A DNA stretch of 32,594 bases from Planctomycetota bacterium (GTDB lineage: Bacteria; Planctomycetota; UBA1135; GCA-002686595). The translations under genes and the position numbers were made by a program. The DNA is taken from positions 1-32,594 of the forward strand of contig JAKVCE010000003.1 in NCBI GenBank assembly GCA_022447405.1. The letters are read 5' to 3'. The notes beneath the pieces were generated by a model. It was given only the letters and a program-made list of their open reading frames with translations. It had not been told where the DNA came from and did no database searches. This document shows positions 26,234-32,594 of the stretch, piece by piece; position 1 is the first letter of the stretch; every line of letters starts with the position of its first letter.

Positions 26234-28171
26234 TTAACTGTCGAGCGACTCGAGGAGCGCGCGGGCGTCGGCGTGAGCCGGGTTCATCGCGAGCACCTTC
26301 CTGAGCTCATCGGCCGCGTCTACCTTGCGGCCCAAGTCGCGCAGGGCGTAGGCCAAGTTGACGCGGGCGTGCTGGCTGGTCGGCTCGGCGCTGAGGTGCC
26401 GCTGGTACCAGCGCACGGCCTCTTCCAGCGCGCCGCTCCCGTGCAGCGCCCAGGCGTGCTGGAACTCCGAGTCGCGGTGACGCTCCACCCTCGAGTGCAA
26501 GAGCTCCAAGAGAGGGAGGGAGGCGGCCGCCTCCCCTATCCGCTGAAGCGCGGTGGCTTGCTCGTAGAGCAGGCGGATGAGCCAGTCTCCGTAGAGGCGG
26601 TTCCCTGGCTCAAGCTCGCTGGCGCGCACCGCGGGCGCGACGGCCTCCTCGCTCCTTCCGGCCTCCACGAGCGCCTTGGAGAGCCAGTGCTGGGTGACAG
26701 CCCAGTTGGGCGTGGAGGACGCGGCCTCTTCCACCAGTGAGACGCCCTCGTCGGCTCTGCCTTGGCGGATCCAGTGGAGCGCGAGGTTGATCTTCGCGTA
26801 GACGTTCTCCGGATTGAGCTCGAGGGCGCGCTCGTAGTGCTGGGCTGCGAGCTCCGGGTCCTTTACGTAGACGCTGCGCCCATAGTTCAGGTGTCCCTGG
26901 GACGTCGTCCCGAGGACGACCGCGCGACCCCAGAGCGTCTCCTCCGTCTCCCAGTGACGCGCGTTCACGTTCGAGACCAGGCCGAACCAGAGGCAGGCGC
27001 CAGCGAGCGCGACAGGTCGCGCAGGCTTCGGCAGAGCGGAGAGGGCCGCGCCCATGAGGACGCAGGCGAAGGGCAGGCTGATGAGCTGTCGGTAGTCCTC
27101 CGCGAAGCTGCGCATGGGCAGGATCGAGGAGGTCATGGAGAGCCAGCCGAAGTAGGCCAGGAGACAGAAGGAGAAGAGCGGGCGGCGGCGAGCTTGCGTG
27201 AGCGCTGCGTAGAGGCAGAGCGTGACGAAGGCGGCGCCAGAGAGCACGCCTGGTTCGAGCACGCCCGTCGCCGGGTCGATCGCCGGGAGCGGGGAGAGGT
27301 AGAGGGGGAAGAGGAGGTTTCGCGCGTAGTGGAAGAGGTGCACCCGCAGCTCGGTCAGCGGGTACTCGAACGGCGCGCGCTGGATCAAGAGCTGGTCGGC
27401 ATCGGAGAAGCCGACGCCGTAGCGCACGAGGGCCAGGTAGCAGCCGACGAGGGCTGCGAGGGAGAGGGTGCGCCTCCAGAGCGTGCCGTCACTCAGTCTG
27501 CGTCGGCCGATCGTCAGCTCGTAGGCGAAGGTGACCACGGGGAAGAGCGCTGCGTTCTGCTTGGAGAGGAGCGCGAGGAGGAGGGCGAGGCCACAGCCGA
27601 TCCACGCGAGCGCGCCGCCGCTGCGCGCGGCAGAGATGTAGCAAAGGAGCGCGGAGAGGAGGAACACGAGCGCCAGGAGAAGGTCTCTGTTGGAGACGTA
27701 GTTCACCGCGACGCCAGCGACGGGGTGGACCGCGAAGAGCGCGGCGGCGGCGAAGGCTAGGCCGCTCCCTGGGGGCTCTTCGCCCGCTCCTTGCACGGCG
27801 CGCTGGAGCGCGCGCGTCAGGTAGAAGACGAGGAGCGCTGCGAGGATGTGCAGGACAAGGTTCCCTGCGTGGTGCGCCACGACCGGCTCGACGTCGAGCG
27901 GTGCGGCCAGCGCGCGTGTCAGCGAGAGCGTGAGCGGGAGCAGGGGGCGGTACTGGACGAGGTGGGGAAGGGTGGCCATCGTCCCCGGGTCGGAGAAGTG
28001 TCGGGTGAGCGGCGAGACCTCCTCAATCCCAGGGTTGTCGGTGGCCCTGAAGAAGTCATCGAGGTGATAGCCAGCGCTCATCGCGCGCCAGTGCGCGCCG
28101 ACGGCCAAGAGCGCGATCGCGAGGAGGGGGAGCGCGCGAGAGCCGACTCCGGTCTTGGGGGACACACTCAT
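26234..28171 (-). CDS. TMTC-like GT-C-fold membrane glycosyltransferase fused to C-terminal TPR repeats
   Basis: The ATG at 28171 gives MSVSPKTG..LPLLAIALLAV. The first-loop acidic motif 'GYHLDDFFRATDNP' has DD at nt 28055..28060. It is followed by 'VQYRPLLPLTLSL', which resembles the TMTC/PMT-type 'DD...N' and 'YRPL' motifs. About 10 further TM helices precede ~250 aa of TPR (e.g. 'AAQHYERALELNPENVYAKINLA'). Confidence 0.8.
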   Translation of the reverse strand: MSVSPKTGVGSRALPLLAIALLAVGAHWRAMSAGYHLDDFFRATDNPGIEEVSPLTRHFSDPGTMATLPHLVQYRPLLPLTLSLTRALAAPLDVEPVVAHHAGNLVLHILAALLVFYLTRALQRAVQGAGEEPPGSGLAFAAAALFAVHPVAGVAVNYVSNRDLLLALVFLLSALLCYISAARSGGALAWIGCGLALLLALLSKQNAALFPVVTFAYELTIGRRRLSDGTLWRRTLSLAALVGCYLALVRYGVGFSDADQLLIQRAPFEYPLTELRVHLFHYARNLLFPLYLSPLPAIDPATGVLEPGVLSGAAFVTLCLYAALTQARRRPLFSFCLLAYFGWLSMTSSILPMRSFAEDYRQLISLPFACVLMGAALSALPKPARPVALAGACLWFGLVSNVNARHWETEETLWGRAVVLGTTSQGHLNYGRSVYVKDPELAAQHYERALELNPENVYAKINLALHWIRQGRADEGVSLVEEAASSTPNWAVTQHWLSKALVEAGRSEEAVAPAVRASELEPGNRLYGDWLIRLLYEQATALQRIGEAAASLPLLELLHSRVERHRDSEFQHAWALHGSGALEEAVRWYQRHLSAEPTSQHARVNLAYALRDLGRKVDAADELRKVLAMNPAHADARALLESLDS

Positions 28172-28252
28172 CTCGCATTGCACGGTAGCACTGCACGAGA
28201 TTGGCGGCCATGAGGCGAAGATGCAGGTGTCTGGGGGTAGACTTTTTGTGAC

Positions 28253-29926
28253 ATGAGACGCGCCCACATCGCCCTTACGACGACATGCCTCTGCCTCGCG
28301 AGCTGCTCTAGCGAGGCGCCTGAGCCGAGCGGTGAGCCTGCCGCGTCTGCGGCTGAGGAGCCCTGGTTCGTTGAGGTCGCACAGGAGCGTGGCCTCACCT
28401 GGGAGCACTTCAAGGGGGAGGAGGTGCGCTACTGGTTCCCAGAGATCATGGGGCCGGGAGTCGGCGTCCTGGACTATGACCGAGACGGGGACATGGACCT
28501 CTACCTCGTCCAGTCAGGTGACCTGAGCCAACCAGAGGGCGCGAACGCCGGCAACCGCCTCTTCGCCAATGACGGGCAGGGGCGCTTCGAGGATGTGACC
28601 GACTCCACCGGGGCGACCGAGCGCGGCTACGGCATGGGGTGCGCGTGCGCTGACTATGACGGGGACGGCTGGACCGACATCTATGTGACGAACGTGGGGA
28701 AGAACGCGCTGCTCAAGAACGGCGGGCCTGGAGGCGAGTTCAAAGAGACCGCGAGCGCCGCTGGCGTGGACGATGACCGCTGGGGGACGAGCGCGGCGTT
28801 CATGGACATTGACAAGGACGGCGACCTCGACCTCTTCGTCGTGAACTACCTGAACTGGTCAGAGTCCGTCGAGCTGAACTGCATGTCTGCCTTCGGGGAC
28901 CCTGACTACTGCCACCCCAACAACTACAACTCGCCGGCTACAGACGTCCTCTACGAGAACAACGGGGACGGCACCTTCAGTGACATCACGACCAGTTCGG
29001 GCGTCTATGAGGCCTTCGGGAACGGGCTAGGTGTGGCGCCCGGAGACTTCAACTCCGACGGGTTCATGGACATCTATGTGGCCAATGACATGACGGCCAA
29101 CCAGCTCTGGATGAACCAGGGTGACAAGACCTTCAAGGAGTCTGGGCTCCTCGCGGGCTGCGCGGTGAACGGCGAGGGCGCGGCTGAGGCGGGCATGGGG
29201 GTCGTCGCCTTCGACGCCGAGAACGACGGGGACCTCGACATCTACCTGACCCACCTGCGCGAGCAGACGAACACGCTCTATATCAACCAAGGTGGCGGCT
29301 TCACGGACAAGACCTCCATCGTCGGGCTCGCTGGCCCCAGCTTGCGCTTCACGGGCTTCGGCACGGGAGCAGCAGACTTTGATCAGGACGGTGCCTTAGA
29401 CCTCTACGCAGCGAACGGTCGCGTGGGGAAGTGGCGCCCGCAGTTCCTCGAGTCGGACCCGTACGCTGAGCCTGACCAGGTCTACCGCGGCGTCGGAGCG
29501 GGCCGCTTCAAGGAGGTCATGCCGCAAGGTGGGACCGCGGAGCCCTACTACGCGAACAGCCGCGGCATGGCCTTCGTCGACACGGACGGTGACGGTGACC
29601 TTGACGTGGTGGTGGGGGACAACCACGGGCGGGTGCGCTTGCTCGAGAACGTCGCTCCAGGACAAGGGGAGTCTGTCCTCTTGGAGGTCGTTGAGGCGAG
29701 CGGCGCGCCTGCTGTGGGCGCGAAGGTGACCCTGAGCGCGGGTGACTTGACCCTGGTCCGCTCCGTGCAGCCGGCCTTCAGCTACTGCTCAAGCAGCGAC
29801 CCCAGGGTCCACTTCGGGCTCGGGGACTACGCGGGCGCGATTGACGTCCGCATCGACTGGGCAGATGGTGAGACCACGTCGCACGAGGGGCTCGAGCGCG
29901 GCAGCCTGGGACCCATCTCGCGCTGA
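28253..29926 (+). CDS. CRTAC1-family lipoprotein (seven FG-GAP/VCBS Ca-binding repeats + ASPIC/UnbV C-terminal domain)
   Basis: Lipobox 'LCLASC'. There are seven DxDxDG-type repeats: DYDRDGDMDLYLV, DYDGDGWTDIYVTN, DIDKDGDLDLFVVN, DFNSDGFMDIYVAN, DAENDGDLDIYLTH, DFDQDGALDLYAAN and DTDGDGDLDVVVGD. The C-terminal region 'SYCSSSDPRVHFGLGD...IDWADGE' is UnbV/ASPIC-like. Confidence 0.85.
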   Translation: MRRAHIALTTTCLCLASCSSEAPEPSGEPAASAAEEPWFVEVAQERGLTWEHFKGEEVRYWFPEIMGPGVGVLDYDRDGDMDLYLVQSGDLSQPEGANAGNRLFANDGQGRFEDVTDSTGATERGYGMGCACADYDGDGWTDIYVTNVGKNALLKNGGPGGEFKETASAAGVDDDRWGTSAAFMDIDKDGDLDLFVVNYLNWSESVELNCMSAFGDPDYCHPNNYNSPATDVLYENNGDGTFSDITTSSGVYEAFGNGLGVAPGDFNSDGFMDIYVANDMTANQLWMNQGDKTFKESGLLAGCAVNGEGAAEAGMGVVAFDAENDGDLDIYLTHLREQTNTLYINQGGGFTDKTSIVGLAGPSLRFTGFGTGAADFDQDGALDLYAANGRVGKWRPQFLESDPYAEPDQVYRGVGAGRFKEVMPQGGTAEPYYANSRGMAFVDTDGDGDLDVVVGDNHGRVRLLENVAPGQGESVLLEVVEASGAPAVGAKVTLSAGDLTLVRSVQPAFSYCSSSDPRVHFGLGDYAGAIDVRIDWADGETTSHEGLERGSLGPISR

Positions 29927-29932
29927 CCTGCT

Positions 29933-29956
29933 CCCCTGATAGCGCGCTCTCAGGGG
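29933..29956 (+). terminator. Hairpin just after the CRTAC1-like stop (weak terminator candidate)
   Basis: CCCCTGA (29933-29939) pairs with TCAGGGG (29950-29956). The loop contains the palindrome AGCGCGCT. No downstream T-run. Confidence 0.3.
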
Positions 29957-30022
29957 AAACGTCGATTGGGGAGTCCTGCCATGGCTCTATAGCCACGCGA
30001 CTTAGAGGCGTTGGGCGTTGAT

Positions 30023-30036
30023 GCCGTAATTACGGC
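30023..30036. promoter_or_regulatory. Perfect 14-bp palindrome GCCGTAATTACGGC upstream of the NIDO-domain gene (candidate operator)
   Basis: Read directly from the sequence. It is AT-cored and lies ~146-160 nt upstream of the ATG at 30182. A second perfect 10-bp palindrome, GTCACGTGAC, lies at 30089..30098. Confidence 0.25.
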
Positions 30037-30181
30037 TAAAACCACGAGTTTGGATTGCCCTTTGTCGCGCCTAGTCTCCTCAAGGCTCGTCACGTGACTC
30101 TTGGCTCCTTGTCGCACGGTGGGCTGGCTAACCGCCCCTCTCCCCAAGAGGGGTCAACAAACACACAAGAAGAAAAACACC

Positions 30182-32594
30182 ATGAAGAGCACCGTCCCCC
30201 CGCGCCTCTGGTGCGGCATCGTCCCTTCCACCCTCGCGCTCCTCGCGCTCACCTCGCCTGCAGCTGCCCAGCTCGGCGGCGTCAAGGCTCCGGGCAAGCA
30301 CAACCCTACGCCCGCAGGAGGCAGCCAAGCGCTCGGCTCAGGCTGCGGTGGGGGTGACACGAGCGGTCTCCTGATCCCGCTTGATTCGACCTTCAACGTG
30401 GTCGAGTTCACGGAGGGCTTTGATCTCTCTGGCCAACCCTGCTATCGCAACGACGACGGCTACACGGCAGAGCTCTCGCTTCAGTTCGATTTCGAGTTCT
30501 TTGGGCAGACGTACAACAGCTTCTATATCAACAACAACGGCAACATCAGCTTCGGTGGTGGTTACCAGACGTACTCTGCGACTGGCTTCCCGATCGATAA
30601 CTATCCGATGATTGCTCCTTTCTGGGGTGATGTGGATACGACCTCGAGCGACGATGGCGCAGGTGTCGTCTACTATCGTTCTGATCCGAACCGTCTCGTC
30701 ATTACTTGGGACTCCGTTGGTTATTACTGGGACCAAACGGATAAGCAGAACACCTTCCAAGTCATCCTGACCGATGGGAGCGATCCCCTCATCGGCCTCG
30801 GGAACAATGTGTGCTTCTCCTATGGTGACATGCAGTGGACGACAGGTAGTGCATCTGGCGGTGAAGGCGGCTTCGGCGGCGTCCCCGCCACTGTCGGCGC
30901 CAACAAGGGCGACGGGATAGATTTCTTCAATGTGGGTCGCTTTGATCACCCTGGCGATGTCTATGACGGCCCGGAAGACGCAAACGATGGAGTGGACTGG
31001 CTCGACAACCGAGTCATCGCGTTCAACACCGGTGAAGAGAACACGCCACCGATCGTGGTGGACAGCCCAGAGGGGTGTGTGAGCGGCTTGGCTGGCGAGT
31101 CGATCACTGCTTCCTTCACGGTGATCGGCCCTGAGGGCGATCAGAGCGTTGACTGGTCCATCGTCGAAGACGACTTCCCCCAGGGGGCTGACTTCGATTA
31201 CGGCGAGACGATCTCTCCTGGCACGACTACGGTCACCATCACGTGGAACACGACCTCATATGACGTCGGAGAGTATTGGTGCCAGATTCAATTCACCGAT
31301 AACGGAAATCCGCCCCTGACGACCTCAGCGGAGGCCTGCTTCTCAGTTGAAGGTACGGAACATGACAGCGCTCTCGGCGAGGCAGGTCAATTCAACGTCT
31401 ACTCCACGCGGCAGTTGACTATTGAAACCTCGTCGGTCTCTGGCCGAATCGGAGCGGAGAAGAACTTCTTCATCTCCGAGGCGTCCATCGCCACTGGGGA
31501 CGTCCCTGCTGATGTGGACTCGATGGCCAGCGGTCGCGTCGTCTGGGCTGCGAACGGCGTCCTGAACAACGGCAACATCGTCGCAGAGCTTCACCTCGAT
31601 CACCTCGAAGACACCTTCTACCTCGCGAACTCCACCCAGGAGCCGCGGATCGATGAAGAGGCCTGGGATCATGAGTCGATGAGCGAAGAGCTCATGATGA
31701 GCTCCGCCACCTATGGCGCGATGCTCCCGACCGGGGTCGTCACCGAGGACGGGTTCGGGAACCTGATCATGACCGGCAGCGGGGCGAACCCGGAGATCTT
31801 CCTCGTGACGGACCAGCAGCTTGAGGACGCGAGTCACATCTCCGTGAGCGCTGACCCCGACGCGAACGTCCTCATCAACGTTGAGGGTGGGCACGTCTCG
31901 CCGTCGAACTTTGGCTTCGAGGTCCATGGGACCTCTGCCAACAGAATCCTCATCAACCTGTTCGAGGCGTGGCACGTCAGCTTCTCCAACACCAACCTGA
32001 ACGCGAGCCTCTTCGCTCCGGAGAGCGGCGTGTTTGTCAGCAACATCAGCGTGTCGGGGAACATCGTCGGTCGCTGGGTCGAACTCCTGAACATGGACGC
32101 CCAGGGCGACCTGCTCGTCGGTTCGATCCCCTCGACAAACGACTTCACCTACTCGCTCCCGATGCAGTCGCTCGAGGACACCCTCGCTCACAACCTGGTG
32201 GTGCTCCCGCTCGTGCTTGGGGACAAGGTGAGGGTCGACCGCGAGGAGGTCTCTGGTAACGACTCGTTCCAGGTGGCCTTCGAGAACTCGAAGACTCGAA
32301 GCTATCGAGCTGAGAAGGTCGCGAGGATCACGTTCGGGAACGGGTTCAAGCCTGAGCACGTTGAGCTCGCTGACAACCTCGACCTCCCCGTCCACTTCCT
32401 CGAAGACGGGCCGCTCGGTGGTGACGACCTCATCAGCCTCCGGCGTGAGGGCGTGGACACCTCTCGTCGAGGTGTGCATTTGCTCGAGCTCCTTGAGAAT
32501 GACCTCGCGGGCACCTCAGGGATCAACGCCTCGTCCTTGCGCATTGTCAACGCTCCCCAGCACGGGGTCGTTCGGACGATCCCGGGCACCGGCC
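30182..32594 (+). CDS. Large secreted multidomain protein, 3'-truncated by the window: signal peptide + NIDO-like domain + Ig-like domain + choice-of-anchor-A-like domain + start of cadherin/tandem-repeat-like region
   Basis: This gene is not in the supplied ORF track. I read every codon in this frame from the ATG at 30182 to 32593 and found 804 codons with no stop. The nearest upstream in-frame stop is TGA at 30095. The signal peptide is MKSTVPPRLWCGIVPSTLALLALTSPAAAQ. NIDO-type motifs are 'FFGQTYNSFYINNNGNISF', 'YPMIAPFWGDVDT', 'GVVYYR', 'VITWDSVGYY' and 'NTFQVILTDG'. Choice-of-anchor-A-like motifs are 'AGQFNVYS...SSVSGRIGAEKN', 'VLINVEGGHV', 'RILINLFEAWHVSF' and 'ASLFAPESGVFVSNISVSGNIVG'. 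The terminal 'LLENDLAGTSGINASSLRIVNAPQHGVVRTIPGTG' is typical of bacterial cadherin-like repeats. Confidence 0.85.
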   Translation, partial: MKSTVPPRLWCGIVPSTLALLALTSPAAAQLGGVKAPGKHNPTPAGGSQALGSGCGGGDTSGLLIPLDSTFNVVEFTEGFDLSGQPCYRNDDGYTAELSLQFDFEFFGQTYNSFYINNNGNISFGGGYQTYSATGFPIDNYPMIAPFWGDVDTTSSDDGAGVVYYRSDPNRLVITWDSVGYYWDQTDKQNTFQVILTDGSDPLIGLGNNVCFSYGDMQWTTGSASGGEGGFGGVPATVGANKGDGIDFFNVGRFDHPGDVYDGPEDANDGVDWLDNRVIAFNTGEENTPPIVVDSPEGCVSGLAGESITASFTVIGPEGDQSVDWSIVEDDFPQGADFDYGETISPGTTTVTITWNTTSYDVGEYWCQIQFTDNGNPPLTTSAEACFSVEGTEHDSALGEAGQFNVYSTRQLTIETSSVSGRIGAEKNFFISEASIATGDVPADVDSMASGRVVWAANGVLNNGNIVAELHLDHLEDTFYLANSTQEPRIDEEAWDHESMSEELMMSSATYGAMLPTGVVTEDGFGNLIMTGSGANPEIFLVTDQQLEDASHISVSADPDANVLINVEGGHVSPSNFGFEVHGTSANRILINLFEAWHVSFSNTNLNASLFAPESGVFVSNISVSGNIVGRWVELLNMDAQGDLLVGSIPSTNDFTYSLPMQSLEDTLAHNLVVLPLVLGDKVRVDREEVSGNDSFQVAFENSKTRSYRAEKVARITFGNGFKPEHVELADNLDLPVHFLEDGPLGGDDLISLRREGVDTSRRGVHLLELLENDLAGTSGINASSLRIVNAPQHGVVRTIPGTG

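Noticed and set aside
30055-30357. 100-aa plus-strand ORF overlapping the start of the giant gene
   Set aside because: It is out of frame with the well-supported CDS at 30182. Its translation is Pro/Arg/His-rich and low complexity, and no family is recognisable.
31343-32479. 378-aa minus-strand ORF, plus 30338..30949 (203 aa) and 32302..32589, listed in the track at the 3' end
   Set aside because: These lie antisense to the uninterrupted plus-strand frame that starts at 30182, which has a signal peptide and recognisable NIDO and choice-of-anchor-A motifs. Their translations are Val/Arg/Asp/Glu-rich with no motifs. They are typical high-GC shadow ORFs.

Overview
This is a 32.6-kb, densely packed, high-G+C bacterial chromosomal segment. 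I support 22 protein-coding genes. I saw no rRNA or tRNA, no CRISPR array, no transposase or integrase, and no recognisable defence or toxin genes.

Gene content suggests a marine PVC/Planctomycetota-like organism, but this is inference only. The relevant genes are a PSCyt1-DUF1549-DUF1553 protein paired with a Tat-exported DUF1501 protein, a DUF1570/peptidase-MA-like protein, a CBM9-like/DUF5916 outer-membrane barrel, a CRTAC1-type FG-GAP lipoprotein, and a TMTC-like GT-C/TPR membrane protein.

Housekeeping genes are:
- a stand-alone HD (p)ppGpp-hydrolase-like protein
- cysQ and a membrane-anchored rhodanese
- korAB (2-oxoacid:ferredoxin oxidoreductase)
- an orphan iscX
- a tightly coupled minus-strand block: plsC, trkH, a two-domain FAD-monooxygenase/OYE flavoenzyme, and a polyferredoxin-TPR fusion
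- a DAG-kinase-family lipid kinase

The most important practical point concerns the 3' edge. The largest gene there (30182 to the window end, at least 804 codons, plus strand) is missing from the supplied ORF track because it has no stop inside the window. It encodes a signal-peptide protein with a NIDO-like domain and a choice-of-anchor-A-like domain. The two long minus-strand ORFs listed there are shadow ORFs. Many other listed ORFs are also antisense or out-of-frame shadows, as is typical of high-GC DNA.

I found no clear evidence of a self-contained novel system. The best candidates for follow-up are:
- the 26.2-32.6 kb run of three proteins with animal-ECM-like domains (TMTC-like glycosyltransferase, CRTAC1-like, NIDO giant)
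- the uncharacterised PSCyt/DUF1553 + DUF1501 pair, which carries a ~620-aa insert
- an unclassifiable Asn/Gly/Ser-rich secreted protein with its own strong terminator
- the flavoenzyme plus polyferredoxin-TPR pairing
- iscX with an unknown small acidic partner

All family assignments come from motif recognition by eye and need HMM or BLAST confirmation.
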